Made by a program: the position numbers and the translations under genes. From Perkinsela sp. CCAP 1560/9 (lineage: Eukaryota; Protista; Euglenozoa: Kinetoplastea): 64,000 nucleotides of DNA. The stretch lies in contig CBFFSA010000001.1 in assembly GCA_965644495.1 (NCBI GenBank), positions 2,108,001-2,172,000 of the forward strand, in the 5' to 3' direction. Numbering within the stretch: the stretch's first letter is position 1; every line of letters starts with the position of its first letter. This document shows, in pieces, positions 44,620 to 55,003 of the stretch. The notes under the pieces are model-generated. The model was not told where the DNA came from, did no database searches, and saw only the letters and a list, made by a program, of their open reading frames with translations.

Positions 44620-45280
44620 CGAATTCATTATCTTCTGATATGTTTTACATAGACACTATAGAGTTTCATACATTGGACTGTATAGTCCAATTTGTCGACA
44701 TTTTCCCGAATGAAAACCTGCTCTGCGTTGACTTGCGAATACAACGAAGTTTGTCGTGAGTTTTACATGTAACCTAGGACTGATAACCAAGAGTCACACT
44801 TCGTGACCAGTGGAGGTGTCCATACGTAGTGCTGCGCTGCAATTAAAATTTGAGGGAATATGTGACGTCCCACACTGATCCACCAATCATGCTCGTTTCC
44901 ATGCAGAATAGGGTCTCACTCATAGTCATGCAGGTCGCGCACGCATTCCACTCGTTTTCCGATATTGAAAAAATCGCGTTGTGATGAGAAGAGTTAGTAG
45001 CCAACAAGTTATTATCCAAGTCAACCAACGTAGGTGGACAGTTACATGGACGTGCAAAATGAACAATTGATTTAGGACTAAACCACATACATGTAACATG
45101 CTTACAAAAAGACATATTAATTTATTATTTTTTTCTAACCGTCTTTGATGGTGTCTGAGAGCATCATTCATACTTTCCGGAGCTTCCTCCGTCTGTCCGT
45201 ACTCAAACAATTGTTTCCACGTTGGACAACATGTGTTACCATGGAGTACCCGACATGATCCAAAACTTTCGTCAAGCCTT
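44620..45280 (-). pseudogene. Orphan repeated gene, copy B (frameshifts and stops)
   Basis: Manual translation gives YE*DPILHGNEHDWWISVGRHIFPQILIAAQHYVWTPPLVTKCDSWLSVLGYM*NSRQ...VFIRENVDKL, matching ORF 22394-22882. Confidence 0.7.
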
Positions 45281-45617
45281 CATGAAGAAAACGACAGTCC
45301 TAGAACTGCGCTCTGGCGTTTCAGAGGGCTCACCCACAGAAGGTGAAGAATCTTCGGTTGGAGTCACTGTTTCCCCCTAGTCAATTACAGGGCTGCACTC
45401 GGTACGTACTCGCTGTACTCGGTTAAGGTATGAAGTAAGTAATTTACGCCTTTTTTTATGAAAAGCTACTCTCTTTTTAACAGCGTCTTTAACACTCGAA
45501 AAATGAATATCTATCAGCAGTTGCATTGCCTCATGTTATTTTTCTTTGTCAAACTTGCATTGAATATTCCGAAGTACACATACTTATTTGATATTTTTTA
45601 CTTACAAGGCACCATCA

Positions 45618-46397
45618 ATGAAATGTACATGCTCTGATCTCCCCCGTGTTCGTCCAAGTAAGGTTTCTTCCCAAAATCTTCCTGCTGAGTTCTATCTTGC
45701 ATCTTTTACCCGAAATTTAACAGGCAGAGATGCCAGTTGGACACAGTACACGATGTCACCGTCGTGGCCGGGTATCGTGTACGACGAGTTAGGCGGCGTT
45801 TCTGATATTCGGTGGTACAGCCTTTCGCTTTATGGCACTCCACAGTGGGCTGCGTTACCTCAGGGCTTGGAAGTTCTCAACATTCAGGAAGTCTTAATTT
45901 CTGGTTGTTTGCCTGTTTCCGACCTTCCCAGTGGGCTTCGTCTACTTGTTCTTGATAATACTTCTTTAAAGGGGGAAGTGGATATGACAGTGCTTCCTCA
46001 AAATCTAGTTCATATGTCCTTGGCGAACAATTATTTTTTTGGGTCTGTGAATCTGGGAAATCTTCCCATCACTTTGATGTTCTTGTCTCTTCATGGCAAT
46101 GTTTTTAACGGTACGATCAGCTTAAATAAATTGCCTCCTCAAATGGAAACATTGGACGTGTCTCACAACAAGTTTTGTGGAGACTTCGATTTATCTTTGC
46201 TGCCAGTAACCATGCAACGTATCTTTGCACTAGCTAATCACTTTGACGGGGAGCTTGACCTAACCTCACTACCTGAGAGCATGATTCGCGTTAGTGTTTG
46301 CCGTGATAATTTTGCCAAAGCAACGGTACCTGCTGGATGGGTGTACAACCTAAATCTCATGGGAGGATACGGTAAGAAACCCTCTCGAATCACCTAA
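45618..46397 (+). CDS. 23-aa LRR protein (family copy 7)
   Basis: CSD...RPSKVSSQNLPAE motif, LRRs. ATG at 45618. Confidence 0.88.
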   Translation: MKCTCSDLPRVRPSKVSSQNLPAEFYLASFTRNLTGRDASWTQYTMSPSWPGIVYDELGGVSDIRWYSLSLYGTPQWAALPQGLEVLNIQEVLISGCLPVSDLPSGLRLLVLDNTSLKGEVDMTVLPQNLVHMSLANNYFFGSVNLGNLPITLMFLSLHGNVFNGTISLNKLPPQMETLDVSHNKFCGDFDLSLLPVTMQRIFALANHFDGELDLTSLPESMIRVSVCRDNFAKATVPAGWVYNLNLMGGYGKKPSRIT

Positions 46398-46478
46398 GTG
46401 TCTATCCCCAATTCGTATCCCTTTGCTAGTACATGCGAAGACGTACTCGGTGTACTCTTTTTGTCATTAATTAAGATA

Positions 46479-48432
46479 TTGTGCCCCCCCCCACTTATAG
46501 TGCCGCGGGCTACCCCCCCCCCCCACTTATAGTGCCGTTTCGAAAAAAAATGTCCAAAAGAAAATAATGATTTTTTTTGACCAAAAAGGTAGAGTAAATA
46601 TGGTGTAAATTTCCAATATTTTCATTTATGAAAATCATTGAGACTTTATTATTACCTTCAAAGTACTTATTAACGGAATACAAATCATTGGAATAAAAAT
46701 TAACGGAATAATAATTAGCGGAATAAGTATTTTTTTTTAGATTTTCACCAAAATCTCAAATATTTTAGTCGGTTGTCGGTCTGTTCATCAACAAAATTCA
46801 AAATATTTCTCTCCGGAAGAAAAAATACGACGTCACCGCGAAAGGACGAATCGATTACGACGTATCTGCATAAGTTACAAGATAGATGTATTGAAAGGTT
46901 TTATCCAACCAAATCACGTTACTGATATTGGCTAAGGTTTTGATATCTTTAAGAACGTTTAGTATGTTTTCATATCATGTTTACTTGGGTTTTTTCCGCT
47001 CATTCTTAAGGTTGGCCTTGTTTTTCCCTCATGTAAACACACATAATCGGGTTTCTTAATATGTTTTGAGGATTTTTTGAAAACTTCTCATTAATGTTTT
47101 CTCTCGATGCTTAAATTTTGTTACGAATTTCGTAAAAATCATTGGAATAATAATTAACGGAATAATTTCCTCCCAAAAAAAATCCGTTAATTATTATTAT
47201 TGTTAATAAGTACTTTGACGGTACTTTGACGGTAGTTACCTTCATCGATTACATGACTGCTGGTTCTCACGAAAACGAGGCGCCGGACAAAGCGCACACT
47301 CGTGGCCCTTCCATGCAGGGCATTGGACTGCGTATAGTGCCCCTTTCAAGGAGCTGAGCCAGACTGTCCGGGGAAGGCGAAATGTCGCCCTTCTCTGTAA
47401 CCGCGCCATGAGTAAGGGGTGTTCGGGTTTACAGTTTGTAGATTTCTCTTCCGAATCTCTAGAATCGAGTCACGTACTTCATGGAATCACTAAAAATGAA
47501 AATTGGGCTGTCAACGTGCAACTAGGAAAAATGAGAATGCGTCTCTGAATGACCATCTCAACGTGCAACTCCATTTGAGAACCAAAAATGAGCCCAAAAA
47601 AGTTCCATACAGCTTATGCACTTCCTCTTTATACCTAATATTACTCTCCCCCTATCCTAGCGTTGTCTCGTTTGCCTTCAGTGGAAAGGGCTACCGTTGC
47701 AGAGACTGGAAAGGAATTCATACGACTTGCAACGGCCCCGGTTCTTGGCAAAGGGGGGCTTCGAATGATGCACTTGCTTATCGGCCAACGATTTTCTAGG
47801 GAATATTCAGACATAGGGATGATAATTCAAAGATTGTAATTTAATGAGACTTATAGCTAAAGCGTATAACAACATGGGATTAATAAATTGTTGAAATCAC
47901 TAAAAAAATCATGAAAATAAAATTCGGGAAAAAATGAATGGAAAAAATGAAATTCACTGTCTCATACTCATTCTCTTTCCGTAGAGTTCTTCTCGGGCTT
48001 CGCTAGGTTCATTAACAAAGTTGTCGATGTCAATGAGGACGTGCTGCTGAAGAGGGTTTTTATTTACTTTATTTTATATTCTTCCATGTATCTCCCTTTT
48101 TTGTGGCTACCATTTTTTTTGCGAAAAAAGAAAATGAGTAAAAATGAGAATCTATCCCAATTCTACTAAAAACGTGCTGTCAACGTGCAACAGGTCTATT
48201 CTGAGAATTGTGACGAAAATCTGCCCCCAAGTGGTTTTTTACGCGGGAATGTGCAACTGACCATTCTCAGAATTGTGATTTTTACTGTAATAGAAAGATG
48301 AGCGCCGCGAAGCGGCGCGCTTTTTTTTTTTGAGGATGGAAAAAATTTTACCCTCGGCCGGAAACATGCTACCCCCCCACTTATAGTGCCGCGGTTTTCG
48401 ACCAAACGGCACTATAAGTGGGGGGGGCACAG
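46479..48432. mobile_element. About 1.95-kb TA-flanked non-autonomous element, TIR (c/t)tgtgccccccccacttatagtgccg
   Basis: Matching inverted ends, duplicated subterminal ccccacttatagtgccg, hairpin at 48302, nested MITE inside. Confidence 0.85.
46655..47221. mobile_element. Nested TA-flanked MITE, TIR cc(t/g)tcaaagtacttattaac
   Basis: Inverted ends and aattaacggaata subterminal repeats. Architecture like 30325-30912. Confidence 0.75.
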
Positions 48433-48619
48433 TAATCTAAAAAAGGCGTGGTGAAAACTCTCAAAAAAATAACAACATACATATGTATTTTCTTATTTAT
48501 CATTGGTCGGAAGAAGCACAAGCACAAAACTGAAAACTAAGTTTTTTGCCGCGAAACATAAGCCCAGATAAGCCCAGATAGTAAAGTTTTTTTTGGTAGT
48601 TACCACCGATTTTGGGTAG

Positions 48620-49248
48620 CTACTAAAAATAGCTTTACTATTTGGGAAAACCGTTTTTGGGACTTTACCAGCTGGGGAATCAATTGTCGTTGAAGCACAG
48701 AAAAAAAATGAAAACACACCATCAAAAAACAACTGGGATGGAGTCTTGGACAACGCTTTCCAACGCAAGTCGTATGCGAATGTCCGTTGTCATAATTTAA
48801 AAAAAGTAGATGAAATGAAATCAATTTCTTGTACCGTAGACCCCCCAGTAATAGAATCGATTTTGGGTCAAAATGGCCAAATCCTTGTTACTGGGGGGTA
48901 TGCTTTTTGGGTGATAAAGGACCTTTTTTGTTAATGAGTGCGTTGATTTTCAGCCCACCCAACCCCGAAACCACGCCATTCGCTCCCTCGCAACCGCCCT
49001 CACCCCGTCCAACCACCCGCACCCGCCCAAACACCCCCCCCCCCTCCAACGACCCTCCCGAGCCAAATCCTTGTTACTGGGGGTCAGCCGAAAAAGGGCC
49101 AAATCCTTGTTACTGGGGGGGTGTCCATTACTGGGGGGTCTACGGTAGACGAAAATCCTCGAAAAAGAGAAAAGCTCTAAAAAACGGTAACTGCTAAAAA
49201 AAACTTTACTATTTGGGAAAACCGTTTTTTGGGACTTTACTAACTGGG
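48620..49248 (+). repeat. About 60-bp direct repeat pair (ctttactatttgggaaaaccgtttttgggactttac) at about 48620-48677 and 49187-49248
   Basis: Directly visible, bracketing the 48834-49145 MITE. Confidence 0.8.
48834..49145. mobile_element. TA-flanked MITE, TIR ccgtagaccccccagtaat
   Basis: Perfect 19-bp inverted ends and three internal aaatccttgttactgggg repeats. Confidence 0.88.
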
Positions 49249-49390
49249 CGCACTGTGAGCCTTTCATAAATTGACTTTGTACTTGGTGCCATTCGTGATA
49301 AAAGAGAGCATCAAAACGTTTTTGATCACTTTTTCCTGTTATAGATTTCTATAGATTTATATTACTATACAAAGGATGTATAGTGCTATA

Positions 49391-50458
49391 CAGGGGGGGG
49401 GCACGAAAACAATTACACCTGCCAATTTTGGCCTATGCGGCCGTTTTGGCTAATTTTTGTTGCATTTTGCAGATCTCAGTGTTAATATCGTGTTGAAACC
49501 ATTCTGAGTACAAGAGTAGACGGGGTAGGGTGATTTTTTGGACTTCGAAAACAAGAACTTTATAGTTTTTGCAAATCCTTTTGGCTACCAAAAAATTTCA
49601 TATTTAACATTCAGTAGTCAATGGAGCCACCATTTTTGTCCCGCAGCTCTTGTAATCGAGTTGGGAGGCTGTTTAAAGTATTCAATACTGATTCCCAGCC
49701 CTCGTTCAATAGATGATCCTTCGCCTTAACAATGGCGATCTTTAGCTCAGACCGATTTTTGGGACGAAGGTGCACGTGGATGTAATCATCCATGATTTCC
49801 CACAAATTTTCGATTAAGTTTAAGTCCGGAGACTGCCGGCCAATCAATAATGTTTATTTTCCCACTGACCCCAACAGAACGAGCTGTTATGTGACCTGGT
49901 GCATTGTCCAGCACGACAATAGCACCAGGTTTACGGTGAACCCAAGAAAAAAAGCCATGAGGCTTCTTCATCGTTTCTAAGAAGGTAACGTTTGTCACCG
50001 TTTCGTTTTCATTGAACACATGAAAACATTCAAGGGGTATTTTCCACTTCATGCTCACTCCCATCCATACATGGACTCCTTTCTCACCATACCATTTATC
50101 CATTTGTGGATTCGCGCAAAGAGGCCCCTTGGTCCACCTCGTGAGCGCAAACCACTCTAGTGACATAAGATGTTTGCTCCGGCGAAAGCTGGCGACGATT
50201 TAGACGGGATCTTTTCCCCATTTTCGACAAAAAAACAGATCAAAAAGACAAAAAAGGGACTTTTTCTTGTATTTTTGCATCTTTTGGGGGTGACTTTTTC
50301 GTACTTTTTGTACCAAAATTATTGTTTTCGGAAAATCGAAAAGTTGTTGGTTTCAACACGATATTAACACTGAGATCTGCAAAATGCAACAAAAATTAGC
50401 CAAAACGGCCGCATAGGCCAAAATTGGCAGGTGTAACAGTTTTCGTGCCCCCCCACTG
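49391..50458 (-). mobile_element. Internally deleted Tc1/IS630-like transposon with about 110-bp TIRs, DD32E spacing
   Basis: Near-perfect TIRs at 49391-49501 and 50348-50458 with TA flanks. GVHVWMGVS...VVLDNAPGH...IDWP/QSPDLNLIENLW (one frameshift). Confidence 0.92.
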
Positions 50459-50486
50459 TATAGTACTATAATTTTTTTCCAAATAC

Positions 50487-50578
50487 TTTCCCCCCTACTT
50501 AAGAGTCCGCCGATTTTGGTCATTTGGACTCTTAAGTAGGAGGGGTCACAATTTTACGGACTCTTAAGTGGGGGTCAG
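50487..50578. mobile_element. MITE end remnant (ccccctacttaagagtcc and two inverted copies)
   Basis: TA-ctttcccccctacttaagagtcc followed by ggactcttaagt x2. Confidence 0.5.
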
Positions 50579-50729
50579 CATTTTTTTATAACATTTCAAT
50601 ACGGCCGGTTCCTTTTTTGTCTATGTTTTATTCTCTATTTTTTTCTCTATTTTTGTCTACTGAAGGTCGGCGTCTGTATTATCGATAAGATAGCAGTGCC
50701 AGGGAAGACCACGAAGAGGTCCCGACCAT

Positions 50730-51227
50730 ACTTCCCCATTACGCACTCACATCAGCAGTGGTAAAGTTTATGAATTTGATAAAAACTATTGGCTCGATGC
50801 CATCCAAAATATGCCCTAAAAACTATTTTTTTGATTTTTTTATATTCTTCATTTCTTTATCCCAGCTTAAACCTAACATGGTGGCAGCTGGGTCATTCCC
50901 CGAGAGATACGCCGTAGAACACAAACGGAAACAGCGAGAAGCCGAAGAAGCTAAAACGAAATTCACAGCAATGGTTGTCGAATCGTACGGATCCTGGATC
51001 CCGGCTGCTCTGGCAGTACTACGGTGAGTGGCGAAAATCCGGGCTGCAAAATCTGGCGGGACTGTCTCTCACAGGGAGTGATTTTTTTTCAGTTTGGGAC
51101 CACCGGGGCCCCCTTTTATATTTTTTTCTTCTATTACATTACTGTGCTTCTCTTTGTATTTTCACTGTTTTTGTTCACTTTTTTTCAATAATCGAGGGTA
51201 GAGCGGTAGTTATGCAACCACCGCAAT
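50730..51227 (+). mobile_element. Remnant of a CRE/SLACS/CZAR-like non-LTR retrotransposon (restriction-like endonuclease domain) plus putative 3' tail
   Basis: ITHSHQ ... AAGSFPERYAVEHKRKQ...KFTAMVVESYGSWIPAALAVLR*VAK fits the K..K...F.P..(V)E(T/S).G.W...A...L pattern of CRE-clade REL domains. Ends in a stem-loop gcggtagttatgcaaccaccgc-aat. Confidence 0.55.
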
Positions 51228-51416
51228 GGTCACTATTATGCCAACGGTGTTTTCAGGATTTGTCTATGTCTTAGTGGGGTCGAAGAGGGTTCTACCATTA
51301 AAGGAGTCAAAAAAGAGAAGAAAAAAAAGATTTCGTACTTTTAATTAAAATTTAGCCCTCAAACCGCGTTAACCTTACCATTTCCTGTTTTTTTCTTCAC
51401 CTCCCTCTCCTTCCCC

Positions 51417-51980
51417 ATGCTTTCCAAAACTCTAGCGCTGCTCATGCACGGCAAACCCACCGGCGGATGCAACAAACGCACCAAACACCGCGCTATCTGG
51501 TGGAAAAACGCTCATCCCAACCGTCTTACCTACAAACACATCCGTGACATCTTCATCATGCCCACCGTACAGCCGTTAAACGAGGAGGTCTATGGCCCCC
51601 CACTACTCCCCAACTCCCGGGACCCCAGCTCCTCCCTTCCCTGTCTTCAGTGTAAACAACCCGTGGACACTTCCATGATTCATAACTACATATGGATGCC
51701 TGCGGGGCGAGCAGCCCAGCCCGCCCCGTATGGGTATCTCTTCCATCACTTGTGTTTTCGCTGTGTGGTTTGTAAATTTCGTTTCTACAACAACAAATTT
51801 GCCACCCGCGGGGGTCAGGCGGTGTGCCTGTACTGCGTGCGGGGGATCACCAACAGCCGTCCGGTGCGACGGTGGCATCTCCCAATGGTGGAGCCCGGGA
51901 GGGAGGGGAGCCGGTATGTGGGGGAGATCTTTCCTCGGAATAACACCGACGAGGACTGGATCTTTGATCCCGATAGTTGA
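51417..51980 (+). CDS. LIM-domain zinc-finger protein, probable mitochondrial (mitoribosome-type)
   Basis: CxxC...HxxCxxCxxC...CxxC LIM pattern. Presequence-like MLSKTLALL. Confidence 0.8.
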   Translation: MLSKTLALLMHGKPTGGCNKRTKHRAIWWKNAHPNRLTYKHIRDIFIMPTVQPLNEEVYGPPLLPNSRDPSSSLPCLQCKQPVDTSMIHNYIWMPAGRAAQPAPYGYLFHHLCFRCVVCKFRFYNNKFATRGGQAVCLYCVRGITNSRPVRRWHLPMVEPGREGSRYVGEIFPRNNTDEDWIFDPDS

Positions 51981-52245
51981 GGGGGGATAGTTGTAAGGGG
52001 GAGGTGTGGGTAGTGTAAAGCTCCTGTATAAAAAGGAAGGTGGTTGTATGTAGAAGCGGGGAGTAACATTGTTGATGTTAATGGGAAGTAAATGGTGGGT
52101 CGGTTTATCTCGGGTCTTCGTGCTGTTTTGTTTAAGGTAAATTGTGTTTCTAAAGGTAAATAAGCCATTTACCATTTGAAAAGTATACATCTTGAATGCG
52201 CACCTATTCCGTTTGATTTCTTGGACTTCATAATATTTAATCACA

Positions 52246-52962
52246 ATGTGTCGTCCTATATGTTCTGCTGATTCCTCCTCCGTACCACGAGGAAAAATAC
52301 GGTTTTCTTTACTGCCATCTGAGCAACGCATGAAGCAAGTTGTAGAAGGTGTCACAAATCCTCACCCCAGCTGGAAACACGTCAGAAAAAACTTCTGGGG
52401 AACTGCCAAAGCAGTTTCTCCTTGCACCTGGCACGGTATTCTGTGTGATGCGCGGCATGAGATTAGGGAAGTTAAATGGGACTATAGGCATTTGGAAAGG
52501 ACACTACAAGGAAATTTTTCTTTCTTATGGCTTCCAGAAACTTTGCTTCGGTTACATCTTTCTGTCCATCTACTCGGAGGTGAATTAGATCTATCCTCAC
52601 TTCCACAAGCCGCAATGACGTATCGATTGAAACGAAATTTATTTACGGGGGAAATAAATCTTACCCAACTTCCTCCTATTTTGAAAGCTCTTTCGGCGCA
52701 ACACAATCGGTTGACTGGTCTTGTCGACCTAAACTACCTACCCGAAGGATTTCTATCGCTAAATTTAAGTTACAACCGGATACGAGGCACCGCTGATCTT
52801 ACTCACCTTCCTAGGGGAATACGAAAACTGTCACTAAAAACAACTGAAATCTCGAGTCTCAATTATCCTGATGCTCGACCCAGCGCAGCTTTTGTAGCGG
52901 ATCTCACAGGAAACCTTATAAAGGAGGCAAAAGGGAATAAACAAAGCTTCGTCCGGATTTAA
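52246..52962 (+). CDS. 23-aa LRR protein (family copy 8)
   Basis: CSAD...RGKIRFSLLPSE motif, HPSW...PCTWHGILC cap, LRRs. Confidence 0.88.
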   Translation: MCRPICSADSSSVPRGKIRFSLLPSEQRMKQVVEGVTNPHPSWKHVRKNFWGTAKAVSPCTWHGILCDARHEIREVKWDYRHLERTLQGNFSFLWLPETLLRLHLSVHLLGGELDLSSLPQAAMTYRLKRNLFTGEINLTQLPPILKALSAQHNRLTGLVDLNYLPEGFLSLNLSYNRIRGTADLTHLPRGIRKLSLKTTEISSLNYPDARPSAAFVADLTGNLIKEAKGNKQSFVRI

Positions 52963-53033
52963 GAAAAATGAGATTCTGCTGAATCTCTATTTGTTATTAA
53001 AAATTCATATTTGTTGTGCATATAAAGAAATTA

Positions 53034-53346
53034 CTATCCCCCCCCTATTTAATAGGGCTACGTGTCACCCCCCCTTTAATAGGGCTATTTTGTCTGGAAG
53101 GCCAAAAAAGATTTCGGGTAAAGTGCGGATAAATTGTCGAATGCGCCGCGAAGCGGCGGATTTTTTTTTCCATATCTACCCCAACAACCAAAAGTGTATC
53201 AAAAGGGACTAGGACTTTGTTTCACAACGATAAAAAAGGCGCCGCGAAGCGGCGCCGATTTTTTTTTTCATATTATTTTCCATCTCCCACCCCTTCATTA
53301 GGGCCTTTTGCCCAAAATCGGAGTCCTATTAAATAGGGGGGGATAG
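53034..53346. mobile_element. TA-flanked MITE, TIR ctatcccccccctatttaatagg
   Basis: Near-perfect inverted ends. Two GCGCCGC-GAA-GCGGCG hairpins at 53143 and 53238. Confidence 0.88.
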
Positions 53347-53379
53347 TATATGCAGTGTATAATATACAGATCGTGCATA

Positions 53380-53977
53380 AAGGGGTGTAAATTTGGATGT
53401 GGGGGGGGGTCTAAAATTTGTAAAACTTGGCCAATTTTGGAAAATAATAGCGCATTCGAGAGCCCTCGAACAGGGCTCATGAACGTGCATGTACGGCATC
53501 TGCTTTAATTAGATTTTCAAGTGCACATAAAAAAACTCATTTTTTTGGGAGACAAATCTTGCATTTTTCACAGGTTTTCTGATTTCTCCCCTGATTCATG
53601 CAACAAAGACGGGGATGTGGACGATCGCCCGAACACAAAGACTACGAAAGGGCTTATTCTTCGCCTGGGCACGTAAAAGCAAGCTGGTGCATGGTTCTTG
53701 TTGCCGATTACGAAACAACACAATCTTTTTCGCTCTAAAAATTTATTTTCCATAGTTGGCGACTTCAAAAATGGTTGAGCCCCTCGGAATCGCGCAGATT
53801 TGATCATTGCGATCGAAGAAGCGTTTCAAGGCCCCTGAAAATGCCATGCAGAGCTTTCGAAAGCGATGCCGTATTGTAATTGAGATAAAACGACGATAAT
53901 AGCAATTAATAATTTTTTTTTTGATATTTGCTATTGCTTTAGAAAGTTGCAAATAGCATTCCAAATTTACACCCCTG
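53380..53977. mobile_element. Non-autonomous derivative of the 27.7-kb DD32E family, TIR (c/a)aggggtgtaaatttgga
   Basis: TA-flanked inverted ends. The first 90 bp align to about 27742-27830. Confidence 0.8.
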
Positions 53978-54058
53978 TATTCACATAAACGTCATTTTTC
54001 TGCCATTTGGTTTCTCTTTGCTGTTTAAGTGCATTTTTGTCTTGAAGTGTTTATCTCG

Positions 54059-54760
54059 ATGGATTACAATAGATGCGCTTCTCGAGCTGGAAAGATAACT
54101 TCAATAAATTTGCCACCAGAAATTGAGCTCGGAAGATTGATTCAAGATGTAAAGAGCACACATCGCTCCTGGTTTTCTGAAAAGTCTGCCTGCGATTGGG
54201 ACGGTGTAAAGTGCAACAAACTCTTAGACGTGATTGAGATATCTTGGAGTTTTCGCGAATTAAAAGGAAACATAAACTTAGATTTTCTTCCGCGTTCTGT
54301 TATTAAATTTTCTGTGGGAAAGAACTTTCTTTTAGGTGAAGTACAATGGAGGCACTTGCCTCCTAATTTGACGGAACTAAATTTGTACAGCAATGAATTT
54401 ACGGGCACCGTGGATTTAACCAGACTTCCCGATGGCATAACCTGGATGAAGCTTTCCAGTAACAAATTTTTCGGTCCTGTATCCCTTACTAGCCTTCCAT
54501 CTCACCTGTCATACCTCAGTCTTCAAAGTAATAAATTTACTGGAACTCCCGATCTTCGAAAACTCCCTTTAACATTAAACGGATTAAATTTATCGAACAA
54601 TTGCTTGCAGGGACGCGTATTCTTTTGTTCCTTGCCTTCCAGTTTGTCGAATTTATTTCTGCAAGATAATAAGAAATTGTTTGGGGATTATGACCGAAAG
54701 CAACTTCCTAGAGGTCTGCGTTTGTTTGTCCAAAACACTGAAATTGTTAAGATAGTATGA
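54059..54760 (+). CDS. 23-aa LRR protein (family copy 9)
   Basis: RAGKITSINLPPE motif, HRSW...SACDWDGVKC cap, LRRs. ATG at 54059 (upstream GTG at 54029). Confidence 0.88.
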   Translation: MDYNRCASRAGKITSINLPPEIELGRLIQDVKSTHRSWFSEKSACDWDGVKCNKLLDVIEISWSFRELKGNINLDFLPRSVIKFSVGKNFLLGEVQWRHLPPNLTELNLYSNEFTGTVDLTRLPDGITWMKLSSNKFFGPVSLTSLPSHLSYLSLQSNKFTGTPDLRKLPLTLNGLNLSNNCLQGRVFFCSLPSSLSNLFLQDNKKLFGDYDRKQLPRGLRLFVQNTEIVKIV

Positions 54761-55003
54761 AAATGGGTAAGCGAAACATTGGTTACGGGAAAAGAGAAAG
54801 AGTAAGGTGAAGAAACGGTGTAAAGGGAAGTAGAAATGTTGGGGCGTGATACTATTCTTCTTCTCCGAGAAACGGCGCGAAAAAATCCTTTTTTTACACA
54901 TTACATTGCAGTATGCCTACCAGGTATACTATCTTGGAACATGGTTTAAAATCATTAAATGTTAAACGTATTTCTTTTTATTAAGTTCTGACATTTTTCC
55001 CTC

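Noticed and set aside
23217-53270. GC hairpin plus T-run as bacterial rho-independent terminators
   Set aside because: They lie inside TIR elements rather than after genes, and the genes are eukaryotic. Kept only as a repeat-associated motif.
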